Shown: one piece after another, positions 1 through 9,477 of the stretch | How the letters are laid out: each line of letters starts with the position of its first letter | Numbering within the stretch: the first letter of the stretch is position 1 | Assembly (NCBI GenBank): GCA_965279515.1 | Contig: CBDIID010000003.1 | Span: forward strand, 1,984,001-2,048,000 | Length of the DNA stretch: 64,000 bases | Direction of reading: 5' to 3' | Source: Turneriella sp. | GTDB lineage: Bacteria > Spirochaetota > Leptospiria > Turneriellales > Turneriellaceae | Made by a program: the position numbers and the translations under genes | The notes under the pieces: generated by a model | Seen by the model: the letters and a program-made list of their open reading frames with translations, nothing else | Told to the model about the DNA's origin: nothing | Databases searched by the model: none

Positions 1-2
1 GT

Positions 3-587
3 GCGGCGCTGAAAGAACGCCTGCAATACGAGGTGACAGGCTTCTACGCCGAAAAGCGCGACGATATTGTCAGCGTCAGCCTTGCCCCCGGTGTCACAGA
101 AACACAAAACGCGGGCACGACTTCGCATAAGGGTATCGAAATTGGCCTCGAAGCCGAGATCTTTAAGAAGCTGCTCTGGTTTGTGGGTAATGTGACTTAC
201 GCCGAACACAAATACGTCACCTGGACGCCATCGTCGACCGCCATTCTCAACAACTATTTTCAACCCCAGGCGCCGACGATATTCGGCACAGTCAGCCTGA
301 AAATTGTGCCGGTAAAAGGTTTACAGATCAGCCCCGAGTGGGTTTATCTGGGGCGTTACTTTATGGATGATTTGAATACGACGGTTTATCCCGGACACAG
401 CATCTTCAACATCCGGGCAAAATATGAAGTCAACGAGCGCATCGGTGTTTTCACACGCATCCATAACCTGACGAATGTGCGTTATGCCGATATTGCTTCA
501 TACAATTCCCTGCAGGCCGGCACATTTCCCGGCTATGTACCGGGCGAACCGTTCTCGGTCATCGCCGGCATGTCTTACAGCCTATGA
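3..587 (+). CDS. TonB-dependent outer membrane receptor, C-terminal part (5' truncated by window)
   Basis: Frame is open from position 3. Beta-barrel motifs NAGTTSHKGIEIGLE and RIHNLTNVRY, ending PGEPFSVIAGMSYSL. Confidence 0.9.
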   Translation, partial: AALKERLQYEVTGFYAEKRDDIVSVSLAPGVTETQNAGTTSHKGIEIGLEAEIFKKLLWFVGNVTYAEHKYVTWTPSSTAILNNYFQPQAPTIFGTVSLKIVPVKGLQISPEWVYLGRYFMDDLNTTVYPGHSIFNIRAKYEVNERIGVFTRIHNLTNVRYADIASYNSLQAGTFPGYVPGEPFSVIAGMSYSL

Positions 588-1741
588 AGCCCAGAAAAGA
601 ACTCATCCTCGCCGTAACGCTCGTCGTTGCGGCGGGCCTTATCGGCATGCGGTTCTTGCGCGGCAAAGCACAGCACCATAGGCATGAAAAAATCACCGGT
701 GATGCGAGCTTCGACGCTTATGCGGATGGCCCGCGTATCCATGTCCTGATTCTCCGGCAGCACGGAGATCACCAGGTATTGCTCTATAAAAAAATTGAGA
801 ACGGCAATGAATCCACCGAAACCGAACTGCCGCATGCCGCCGGTGAGAAAATTATTTCGCGCCGCTCGAACGACGTGCGCGTCGCCGCGCGCGGAAACCA
901 CATTCTCGCTCTTTGGCAAATTGCAGGCACAGGTTACGCGAACCGCGGTCCCCTGCGCGCCGCTGAAAGTACTGACGGCGGCAAAACATGGAAATCGGCA
1001 CCGCAGCCACTTGCCCCAGGGCGTACCGATGACCAGGGTTTTGTCGCCCTAATGGCTGACCGTAATGGAAAATTCCAGGCAGTGTGGCTCGATCTCGACG
1101 CCAAACTCAAGGGTCTGCGCCATGCGTCATATGACAGCGGCGTATGGTCGAAGCCTGCGACGATTGATACGAAAACATGCGAATGCTGCTGGAACACGCT
1201 GAAAGAAAATCCCGCGGGCGATCTGCTTGTGCTCTACCGCAATGCCAAACCACGCGACATGGCACTGGCAAAATTCTCCGCTGGTGCCTGGCAAAAGGCG
1301 GGCATCGTCGACAATTTTGACTGGCGTATCGAAGCCTGCCCGCATGCCGGTGGTGGCCTCGCCTCAGATAATAATTACACGTACGCCGTGACCTGGACAG
1401 GCCACGAGACGGCGCAGGGAGCCTACTTTAACCGCAAGAAGAACAGCGATAACCGCTGGTCGCTGAAGACAAAGCTGGGCGGTAAATCCGCGCGCAATCC
1501 CGATATCGTCGAAAATTCAGGCCGCATTGCAGTAGTGTGGGATGAATTCGAAGGCGAACGCCGGCTGGTAAAAGTGCAGACATCCGCCAATGCCGGCGTC
1601 ACCTGGACGAAAGCAGAGATGCTGACAGGCGCGAATGTCTCAGGCTCATACCCGCGCATTGTCGGCGCGGCGCAGGGTTTCACCGCTTTCTGGTCAGAAA
1701 CACAGAACGGGCGCACGGCAGTGCGCTTCAAAAAGCTGTAA
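584..1741 (+). CDS. BNR/Asp-box (sialidase-like) beta-propeller protein with CECC and CPHxGG motifs
   Basis: N-terminal TM/signal; Asp-boxes STDGGKTW and SANAGVTW; TCECCW and ACPHAGG; ATGA overlap with the receptor gene. Confidence 0.8.
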   Translation: MKPRKELILAVTLVVAAGLIGMRFLRGKAQHHRHEKITGDASFDAYADGPRIHVLILRQHGDHQVLLYKKIENGNESTETELPHAAGEKIISRRSNDVRVAARGNHILALWQIAGTGYANRGPLRAAESTDGGKTWKSAPQPLAPGRTDDQGFVALMADRNGKFQAVWLDLDAKLKGLRHASYDSGVWSKPATIDTKTCECCWNTLKENPAGDLLVLYRNAKPRDMALAKFSAGAWQKAGIVDNFDWRIEACPHAGGGLASDNNYTYAVTWTGHETAQGAYFNRKKNSDNRWSLKTKLGGKSARNPDIVENSGRIAVVWDEFEGERRLVKVQTSANAGVTWTKAEMLTGANVSGSYPRIVGAAQGFTAFWSETQNGRTAVRFKKL

Positions 1742-1742
1742 A

Positions 1743-3239
1743 CTACTCTGTGCTGCTGGTGATGATTTGCACGTTGCGAAACTGCATCAGCTCGGGCAGT
1801 GCGACGGGTAATCCCGCTTTACCAGGTGGGCGTGGGCGAGGTGTCAGAACCATCGCATCGGGCGAGTAGAGCTCGAGCTCATTGTTCGCAACCGGGAACT
1901 CTTTAGGCCTCACGGGATCATATTTACCCGTAATCGTCACCCAGCCCGTCGGCTGTACGAAGACCTGCAGAAACTCCGTGGATTTTTTAGCGTCGAGATC
2001 AAAGAAACGCATGCGCCGGCAGGGAATACCGAGACTGCGGTAAATGCCGCAGCGCACGTCGTTCCTCAGCGTCGCATCTTTCTGCGCCGTCGCAATCGCA
2101 TAGATCGGATGTTTGCCTTCGTTCTGGCCGAGCCACGTCTTGCGGAAAGCTTCGACCGATGCCTGTTCCGCAGGGCTGATGAGCATGTTATCGAGAAACG
2201 GCCGCACGTTGTCAGGCAACTCGGGGCTGCGGAAATACTGCTTGAGCAGGGGACCGTTGAAGATGTGCGTCAGGTTAAAAAGCGTCGCCTGGAACTGTAG
2301 CTTGTACGAGCGCTTGCGCTCGCCGCTTTTCTGCTCGAGCAAAATCTCCGAGGTATGCGCGCCGTCTTCTTGCCTGCCAAACCGTGTCGCGGGATCAGCG
2401 CGCAGGCCTGCGACGCGCTGGTGCGCGGTCACGGGCAACAGGGCATATTTCAGCTGCATCTTCGATTCGCGCGCACGGTCTTCGTCGCCCCAGGGTAAGG
2501 CCAGATCAATTTCACCCGCGATGGTAAAATTGCGCCGGGCCGCCGCCACATAGTTTTCCGTTTCGATGAAGTCGACCGAACGCACCTGGCCGGGGCGCGC
2601 CACGTACATGCCGCCATCTACGAAAGCAATGCCATAACACCCTTCGGGCAGTGGCAAAAAACTCACCTGCTGACCATCGGTCGGCGAAAGCTTATATGCC
2701 TTGCCATCCTTTGCAATGGCCCAGAGAAAACCTTTATAGAAGGTCATGCTGCGGATGTCCGACGTGACTTCCGGGGTAAATGATCCGAATTGCATGCGAT
2801 CCACCATGTGGTAGCGGTAAATCTTCTTGTCTTCCCGGTTATAGATGTATGCCTGGTGCATGTCGAGAGCAATCGCGACCGGGTCAGCGATGCCCTTGAG
2901 TTGTATCTTATCGACGAGATCGCCGTTCAGGGGATTAATGACATAGACGTAATTGGGCCCGACGGTTACAAGATTCGGCGCCCAGTAAGCAATATCGCGC
3001 ACGTCGAATGACATCGTGCGCGGTGCGAGTTTTTTTTTCTGTCCGACGTCGTAGCCGGTCAGCTCACGCGTCTGCGCATCGGCGACCCAGAGTATGGTAC
3101 CATCATGGGCGAGGCCGAGAGGGATTTTTGTTTCCAGTTGAACGTCGTCGGCAGAGAGGGGGGAGATAAGCAAAATGAAACTAAGAAGTATTCCGCGCTT
3201 CGCCCCACCCCCCAGGCTTGGGGGCGAATGGGGCGTCAT
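1743..3239 (-). CDS. Secreted beta-propeller protein with degenerate transglutaminase-like C-terminus
   Basis: Signal peptide; propeller repeats (GLAHDGTILWVAD, SMTFYKGFLW, GIAFVDGGMY); C-terminal RSLGIPCR...VFVQPTGWV pattern. Confidence 0.6.
   Translation of the reverse strand: MTPHSPPSLGGGAKRGILLSFILLISPLSADDVQLETKIPLGLAHDGTILWVADAQTRELTGYDVGQKKKLAPRTMSFDVRDIAYWAPNLVTVGPNYVYVINPLNGDLVDKIQLKGIADPVAIALDMHQAYIYNREDKKIYRYHMVDRMQFGSFTPEVTSDIRSMTFYKGFLWAIAKDGKAYKLSPTDGQQVSFLPLPEGCYGIAFVDGGMYVARPGQVRSVDFIETENYVAAARRNFTIAGEIDLALPWGDEDRARESKMQLKYALLPVTAHQRVAGLRADPATRFGRQEDGAHTSEILLEQKSGERKRSYKLQFQATLFNLTHIFNGPLLKQYFRSPELPDNVRPFLDNMLISPAEQASVEAFRKTWLGQNEGKHPIYAIATAQKDATLRNDVRCGIYRSLGIPCRRMRFFDLDAKKSTEFLQVFVQPTGWVTITGKYDPVRPKEFPVANNELELYSPDAMVLTPRPRPPGKAGLPVALPELMQFRNVQIITSSTE
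3199..3228. repeat. Short GC-rich palindromic element within the first codons of the 1743-3239 gene
   Basis: ttcgcccc...ggggcgaa inverted repeat with inner ccccc-aggctt-ggggg; encodes HSPPSLGGGAK. Confidence 0.5.
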
Positions 3240-4717
3240 TTTTCAATCTCCAAGACAGAAGCCGCTTCGGGCCGCAGAGCCGACTTTTTCTTGTAGATAT
3301 CCGGAGGGCCGCATAAGAGCACGGTGAAATTTTCCGGCCGGTAATATTTTTTCGCCACACGCAGTACATCCGCCTCGGTGACCTGGCTGAGATATTTGGC
3401 ATAGTCAGGCAGATAACTTAACGGCAGGCCATCCCACTTGAGTGTCAGGTAGAGTTTCATGTATTGCGCCGGATTTTCAAAGAGAAAAACAAATTTGTTC
3501 TTCAGGGAAAGTTTGGCTTCTTCGATTTTGTCGCGGCTGACAAAGGCCTCAGGTTTTGCCAGGATCTCGTCCATCACCTCGACGACGTCGGGTAAATTGA
3601 CATTCGCGGTCTGTGTAAAAAGCATGAGCGTACCGGTAAAATCGTCTGTTTCAAACGTCGAATAGGCGCTGTACGCCCAGCCCTTTTCTGTGCGGATCTT
3701 TTGCGTGAGATAAGAGTTGAACGAATCGCCGCCGAGTAAAAAATCGAAGATGCGCAGCGCATAATAATCGGCGTCGGTATGTTTCATGCCCGGCGCCTTA
3801 TAGACCACGGTTGCCTGGGGAATATCGCGCGGTAAAATACGCAGCGCATTCGCCTTCGCCGTCGGCTGCACATGCATCACGGCCAGGTCGGGACGTTTTT
3901 TTTCGTCGCGCGCCATTTTGCCGAATGTGTTTTCGAGCAAAGACTTCAGCGTTTCTTCTTTGATATCGCCCGTAATGGCGAGACTCAGCCGTTCGCCGCG
4001 CCACATGCGCCGCTGCCAGTCAGCGAGGTCTGCCGCTTGCAGGTTCTTCACGGTGCGTATTGTCGCGTAACGCCCGCGCGGCGTGCCGCCCCAGAACATT
4101 TTCGTCATGCCCAGCGACGCCCACTTCGCAGGATTTTCATCGCGGCGCTCAAACTCTTTGAGAACACGCGTGCGGATAATTTCAAAATCCTCAGCGGCAA
4201 GCCGGGGCGATTCGATGACAGAAAAAAGCTTCGTCAGGTCATTGGCAAAATAGTGCGACATCGAGTTGATATTAAAACTCGAGCGCTCCATACCGCTGGA
4301 AAAACTGAACGACGAGGCGCGGTTCTCCAGATATTCCGAAAGTTTATCGCGGTCGAAATCTTTCGAGCCGGAAAATACCACGGTTTCGCCCCAAAGGCCG
4401 TGCAGGCCCAGCTTTTCGTCGGGCACTTCAAAACCGCCGCCTTCCATATAGACCTGCGCGCTCACCAGCGGAACATTTTCAGAGAACAGATAATAGACAG
4501 GAATGCCGTTCGCGAGCTTAAATTCCTTGACCTGCGGAATTTTCGGCCGCGGCATTTCTTCTTTGATGTAATGATACCAGGGACGGCTTGCTGTATCGAC
4601 GCTAGCCTTGGCCGCGGGTTTTGCTCCCACGGGCTTACCCTGTCCTTTGCCGGCGATCGAAAATGTTACGATAAGAAAAATGCCGGCCATCACCGGCTTC
4701 GAAATTTTTCGCGTCAC
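3236..4717 (-). CDS. M16 (pitrilysin/insulinase) family protein, probably the non-catalytic subunit
   Basis: LANGIPV, LLGGDSFNSYL...IRTEKGWAYS and VTEADVLRVAKKY are M16B hallmarks; no HxxEH (GLHGLWGE instead). Confidence 0.85.
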   Translation of the reverse strand: MTRKISKPVMAGIFLIVTFSIAGKGQGKPVGAKPAAKASVDTASRPWYHYIKEEMPRPKIPQVKEFKLANGIPVYYLFSENVPLVSAQVYMEGGGFEVPDEKLGLHGLWGETVVFSGSKDFDRDKLSEYLENRASSFSFSSGMERSSFNINSMSHYFANDLTKLFSVIESPRLAAEDFEIIRTRVLKEFERRDENPAKWASLGMTKMFWGGTPRGRYATIRTVKNLQAADLADWQRRMWRGERLSLAITGDIKEETLKSLLENTFGKMARDEKKRPDLAVMHVQPTAKANALRILPRDIPQATVVYKAPGMKHTDADYYALRIFDFLLGGDSFNSYLTQKIRTEKGWAYSAYSTFETDDFTGTLMLFTQTANVNLPDVVEVMDEILAKPEAFVSRDKIEEAKLSLKNKFVFLFENPAQYMKLYLTLKWDGLPLSYLPDYAKYLSQVTEADVLRVAKKYYRPENFTVLLCGPPDIYKKKSALRPEAASVLEIEK

Positions 4718-5508
4718 TTGTTAAACCGCTGCTCGTTCTTCTTTTTCATCTCTTCGATCGCCGAGCCGGCATCCTGAATCTTTACAGAGTTCTTTACTTT
4801 TTCGAGCAGCTCGATCTGGCGGTTCTTCTCGCGCTCCATGATCTTATACTGCGCCTCGCGCATGCAGTTGAGCTGCTTAAACAGCTTCATCTTTTTCTTG
4901 ATAAAATCTTCCATCACGCCCTTGACGAGGGCGTTATCGACGCCGGTCACCTGTTCGCCTGCAGGGATTTCCTGCTCTTCGTTCTCGCGGCCGGCCGAGG
5001 CCACGGCAACTTTACCGTGGTTCACAAACACACCGGCGGGAATATCTGAATCTTCGGCCCCGGCTTCTTCGGGGGCATCCCCTGCACTGATAATAAATTC
5101 GGTACCGCGCACACCCGCGACAATCGTCGGCGTCTTGATCTGGTATTTCGAGCCCGGCGTCATTTGTTTGGCAAATTTCGTATAACCGCGGCCCGATTCG
5201 AGTTCGAGCGAGATGTTGGTCTTTTTATCCATCTCAAAAAGATCGCTGATCTTCACGGTGCTGTAAGGCGCCAGGTGCAATACCGCGCTCGGCCCGATCT
5301 GGATATCCATCTTGCCTTTTTTGGTGAAAACCCGGTCGTTCTTGAAAAAGATCGTTTTGACCTTCGCGACCTCAGATTTGCCGTCGCGTTCATAATAACA
5401 CTCGCCGCTGGCCACCAAAACCGCAGCGAGCAGCTCTTTAGGCTTTTCCTGGGCATGGGCAAAGCGGATTGCCCCCGTCATGGATAATAAAATGATGAGT
5501 TTGCGCAT
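4714..5508 (-). CDS. FecR-domain protein (LipL45-like)
   Basis: Signal peptide; IKTPTIVAGVRGTEF and VNHGKVAV FecR motifs; C-terminal coiled coil. Confidence 0.8.
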   Translation of the reverse strand: MRKLIILLSMTGAIRFAHAQEKPKELLAAVLVASGECYYERDGKSEVAKVKTIFFKNDRVFTKKGKMDIQIGPSAVLHLAPYSTVKISDLFEMDKKTNISLELESGRGYTKFAKQMTPGSKYQIKTPTIVAGVRGTEFIISAGDAPEEAGAEDSDIPAGVFVNHGKVAVASAGRENEEQEIPAGEQVTGVDNALVKGVMEDFIKKKMKLFKQLNCMREAQYKIMEREKNRQIELLEKVKNSVKIQDAGSAIEEMKKKNEQRFNK

Positions 5509-5555
5509 ATGTCCCCTATTAATGAGACGTTTCTCAGGCCGAAAAGAGGAAAAAA

Positions 5556-6410
5556 TTACAGCGTTATTGAAAAACTTGCGGTTGTAAGTACGGTGGTATT
5601 CCCGTTGTTCACAGTCAAAGTGCCGGTTGCAAGCTTATCCCCCGTATCAAAGTAAACGCTCGCTCCTCCCGCAGCATCCGCGTAACAATAGTACTTGTAG
5701 GTGCCTGCGGGCAGCAGGTTCACCGCAGCGCCATTTCCGGTCATCGTTCCTATACCGGTACGCGTATAGTAAGCCAGCGGGTGTGACGTCGAAGTGAAGG
5801 TTGTCGTATTGGGATCTACAATAAAACAGCGATACGTAGAACCCGGCCCGGACTGAATGTCGAAGGTATGCTTCACGCCAACAGAGGTGTTACCGTTTGT
5901 GATACTGTAAGTGGTATCGCCGTTTATGGTCATGGTCGCATGCGCCGTGAGGAACGTGGCGGTGGCGTCGCTGGATTGAATGTGACCGTTCGCTCCGCAG
6001 CCGGCGATGGCATTATTGGTAAAAGTTACATTCGCGTCGCCGGCAGAGCGGACTGCGAAATAGAGATCATAGTTGCCGTTTGCGAGAGTAGCATTTGAAC
6101 CCGTTAAACAATTCGTACCACTGGGAGAAATGAGCGTTTGCGTTACGGTTGCGCCGCCGGCACCTGTAGTCACGGTCGCGCTGGGTACTCCAGCCACCAA
6201 GCCGCCGTCTTTATAGAGCAAAACCGTGAAAGTCTGGCTTGCGTGCGTTGCGTCACCTGAGGGAAATGTAACGCTCACCGTTGCCGTACCCTGGGTAGGT
6301 GATGTACTCGCAACAGGCGGTTTGTTGACAACCGGGTCAAAGACGACGTTGGACTGCGCGCAGTGTGCCAGGGCAAAAACTACAAAAACCGACAAACCCT
6401 TCTTCAACAT
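5556..6410 (-). CDS. Hypothetical Thr/Gly-rich lipoprotein
   Basis: ATG at 6410 overlaps the upstream stop (TGATG); lipobox-like ALAHC; beta-rich composition. Confidence 0.7.
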   Translation of the reverse strand: MLKKGLSVFVVFALAHCAQSNVVFDPVVNKPPVASTSPTQGTATVSVTFPSGDATHASQTFTVLLYKDGGLVAGVPSATVTTGAGGATVTQTLISPSGTNCLTGSNATLANGNYDLYFAVRSAGDANVTFTNNAIAGCGANGHIQSSDATATFLTAHATMTINGDTTYSITNGNTSVGVKHTFDIQSGPGSTYRCFIVDPNTTTFTSTSHPLAYYTRTGIGTMTGNGAAVNLLPAGTYKYYCYADAAGGASVYFDTGDKLATGTLTVNNGNTTVLTTASFSITL

Positions 6411-8998
6411 CAAGGTAATCCTCTCACGCAACGAATGTTTTTCTTAGGCGGCTTCAGGCCGGCAATGATTGTCGAATTATCTTTTTGTGCAATACTGGGA
6501 AATCCGGCAATGTAGTTGAATCCCCACGCCTGGTTGAAGTTCGGATACTGGAGCGGCGTTGCATCCTGCGGATCATAACCGAACTGACCGTTAAAGTTGT
6601 AGTTTGTTGACGATGCATAATCTTCTGCATAGACATTCGGTGTCGGGAAAATTGCCGTATCAATCGCGACTCCCACTGTGCCAAAGAGCGAACGATTGGC
6701 AATGCTCTTGAGCTCATTGATGGTCGGTGCGCGCCAGGCATAGCGCAGCGAAGTGCTGGTGATCGCCGCATTATCATAACGGATTGCATTCAAACTGTCA
6801 CAATAGTTGAGTGCATCGTTCCAAAGCGCAGAATCATTTGTGGAATCGCCGTCATCGGCGCAGGTAGCATTGTCAAAGGTGCCTTTGCGGCACTGCTGCC
6901 AACGCAATTTGTTCACGGTGTCATCTACGACCTGCGCCCCGGCGAAAGTAATATTCTGCGTTACAACGGAATACGCCGTACCTCCGGTGAGCGCTGCCGT
7001 CAGCGTCGCAGTATACCCGGACAGCGAAACTGCGGTGACGGGCACCGCCGAGGCTGAGGCGAATGTTGCTGCCACAGTCGGTATGCCGCTCACAATTTTG
7101 TAATTGGTAAGGGTCGCTGCCTGGGTCGCATTGGGCAGGCGGTCAAAAACAACCTGCACTGTACTGGTATTGGGCGATGCCGCGCTGACGATATTAAAGG
7201 CTGTGTTCGTTGCGGGGCTGGCTGTTGTCGGAGCGCCTGAAAACAAAACGGTCTTGTTTGTCAGCGCCAGGGTATTCGTGGCATTATCCATAACATTATT
7301 AATGTACAGACGGTAAGGCGTATTCGCTCCAGGCGCGGTGGAAGTGGTTATCTTAACGGTTTTCCCGCTGACGAGCGCAGAGTCAACGACGGGTGCAACC
7401 ACACCGCAATCCGCTGCCGCACCGGCTGGACAGATGTGAAAATTAGCCGGAACCCCCCCGCTGGTGATATGCGGATCGAGGTTAAAGGTAATCAGAATCC
7501 CGTGCTTGTTATTGACAATGTCATAACTTGCTTTTGCCGAGACGATGTTAAAAGTTGCATTGGCGTCATAACCCGAAAAAGTTCCGCCAATAGTCGCCAA
7601 TGCCTGCCCGGCTCCCTGCACGCTCGCCGTATAACTTTGTGTGGGCGGTGCCACTGATGGTCCGGCAACGCAGCGCACCTTCTTCTTATTCGTTGTCTTG
7701 CGGTTAGATTCGAGCAGGGAGCCTGAACCACCGCCAGCGCCCATAGACCCCTTTTTAAACTCAACAACATAGGCCTCGCCGTAATACGTTTGCCCGTTTA
7801 GGCGCGCCGAGAGACCTGTGGCGGTCCAGTAGCCCTTGAGAGGTGTATTGGGAAATGCCCCTTCCCAATAGGGGAAATCGTCAATTTTATTTCCGTCTAT
7901 CGCAGGAATTTCAGGCGCGGCTAAACCTGGCTCTGGTTGACCAACTTCGACACGGGCACCATAATCTACTAAATGCTCCAGCTCGTCGACCGTGGGCAAC
8001 CGCCAGTCCTTGCGGCCACCGTAACCCTGGCCGTTATTTGTTGTATTGAGCGTAGCGCAGGCATTGACCGCCTGCCCCCACGTGAAATCACTTGCGGATG
8101 GTGGTGCACATTTTTGACCTGAAGCCGGCCCATCATTATAATAAGAGCCCTGCGTACACGTTCTCCAAATTAAGGTCGTAACGGCATCGACCGAATACGG
8201 ATAGCAAGCATTGGATGCGCCACCATTGCAGTTTGCTGATACCATATTTAAGGGATTTTCTGAGGCGCTAAAGCGCCGGCCGAATTGATTGCCGCCAGCA
8301 GATGCACCATAAAGCGTCGGGCCGAAATTCGTGTTGCGGGGTTCGATAAAACCATTTTGTCCCGCCGGGTAATTCTGCGAGCCAATCGGATGATCATCAG
8401 TCATCGATCTTGTGCAATCATTTCTGGGAGTCCAGGATTGTGGCGAGCCACTAATCGCGTAAGAATAACAGACATCCTGCCCGGTCGGTACAACCTTGTA
8501 TTTCCCGGGATTCCACCCCACTGTGAATGAAATCTTATTATCGTTCAACAGCGGCATGTCGTCGAGGTTGACCAGCGTGCTATTGTCAAAATCAAAACCG
8601 ATGATGTTGTTCTCAGGCCAGCGCACCCAGCCCAGCTGAATCGTCACAGTGTCGTTCGCGTAGGTGGTTGACGACCAGGTAAAGGTCGCGCCCGAATTCG
8701 CCACCGCATACCAGATAATATCGTTATTCGAGCCGATGTCGCGCACCCAGGTATTGATGACCGGCGTCATGGCTGTCTTCATGCTCATATCAAAGACGAC
8801 TTTAATCTGCGTACCGTTGCTGCCCGTCACCGGCGATACGGTCGAATTATCTGAGGGCGTGGTCGTCAGAATTTTGGGATTCACCTTAGCACCCCGGCCA
8901 GAGATACTATTCTGCGGGGGGGCAAATTTCTCGAAACCAGCGTTGCAGGCAACAGAAAATAGTGCAATGAATACGAAAAGACGGGGTTTTTTTGACAT
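6410..8998 (-). CDS. Surface lipoprotein with two DUF1566 (Lcl C-terminal, CLec-fold) domains and Ig-like domains
   Basis: Lipobox-like SVAC; two copies of the D..T/N.L.W..C...W..A..C..LN...WRxPT..EL...FP...RCV pattern; start placed at MSKK. Confidence 0.85.
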   Translation of the reverse strand: MSKKPRLFVFIALFSVACNAGFEKFAPPQNSISGRGAKVNPKILTTTPSDNSTVSPVTGSNGTQIKVVFDMSMKTAMTPVINTWVRDIGSNNDIIWYAVANSGATFTWSSTTYANDTVTIQLGWVRWPENNIIGFDFDNSTLVNLDDMPLLNDNKISFTVGWNPGKYKVVPTGQDVCYSYAISGSPQSWTPRNDCTRSMTDDHPIGSQNYPAGQNGFIEPRNTNFGPTLYGASAGGNQFGRRFSASENPLNMVSANCNGGASNACYPYSVDAVTTLIWRTCTQGSYYNDGPASGQKCAPPSASDFTWGQAVNACATLNTTNNGQGYGGRKDWRLPTVDELEHLVDYGARVEVGQPEPGLAAPEIPAIDGNKIDDFPYWEGAFPNTPLKGYWTATGLSARLNGQTYYGEAYVVEFKKGSMGAGGGSGSLLESNRKTTNKKKVRCVAGPSVAPPTQSYTASVQGAGQALATIGGTFSGYDANATFNIVSAKASYDIVNNKHGILITFNLDPHITSGGVPANFHICPAGAAADCGVVAPVVDSALVSGKTVKITTSTAPGANTPYRLYINNVMDNATNTLALTNKTVLFSGAPTTASPATNTAFNIVSAASPNTSTVQVVFDRLPNATQAATLTNYKIVSGIPTVAATFASASAVPVTAVSLSGYTATLTAALTGGTAYSVVTQNITFAGAQVVDDTVNKLRWQQCRKGTFDNATCADDGDSTNDSALWNDALNYCDSLNAIRYDNAAITSTSLRYAWRAPTINELKSIANRSLFGTVGVAIDTAIFPTPNVYAEDYASSTNYNFNGQFGYDPQDATPLQYPNFNQAWGFNYIAGFPSIAQKDNSTIIAGLKPPKKNIRCVRGLP

Positions 8999-9072
8999 TA
9001 TGAGGCTAGTGCTCCTTAATGTTATACGAGGCGTTTGCGCCAATGTGCCAAAAAGATAGTGAACAAGTGTAT

Positions 9073-9477
9073 TTACTCGGCAGGAGGCTTTTTTTCGAGC
9101 AAGATCTGCTCTGCCCGCGTGAGGTTATCCACACCACTCTTCAGCAGGTTCAAAAAGAACTGCGGATGCAGCCCGCCTAGAAGATTTATCGCCCTTTTAT
9201 CCATAATCGCCAGGGTCGCAGACATCGATTTCACCTTGAAACTCTGCACCCGCGTCTTCGAGCCCGCCATCACCTCGATATCGCCAAAAAAACCGCCTGC
9301 TTCAATCTCGGTACCGTACTTGAATGCCTCGCTACCGTCGACCTCGATGACGACACCGTCGACCACTACGTAAATGTTGTCGTCATTGTCTTTGCCGATG
9401 CGGTAGATATAGTCGCCGCCGCGCAAATGCCGGTGCGGCATCGCCTCGGCCTGCAGCAGCAGATCAAAGGCCGGCAT
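9073..9477 (-). CDS. Stand-alone cyclic nucleotide-binding domain protein (divergent phosphate-binding cassette)
   Basis: IYVVVDGVV...GGFFGDIEVM...TRVQS; no HTH. Confidence 0.75.
   Translation of the reverse strand: MPAFDLLLQAEAMPHRHLRGGDYIYRIGKDNDDNIYVVVDGVVIEVDGSEAFKYGTEIEAGGFFGDIEVMAGSKTRVQSFKVKSMSATLAIMDKRAINLLGGLHPQFFLNLLKSGVDNLTRAEQILLEKKPPAE

Noticed and set aside
3030..3038. T9 homopolymer as a phase-variation tract
   Set aside because: Encodes a Lys run in an intact frame; similar A/T runs are common in the window.
3872..4777. 301-aa plus-strand ORF, and similar long antisense ORFs (10138-10923, 43966-44922, 51795-52922, 53048-53953)
   Set aside because: Shadows of well-supported opposite-strand genes; no motifs; expected from codon bias.
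6410..6700. Active DGR at the DUF1566 gene
   Set aside because: No reverse transcriptase, accessory gene or template repeat seen in the window.
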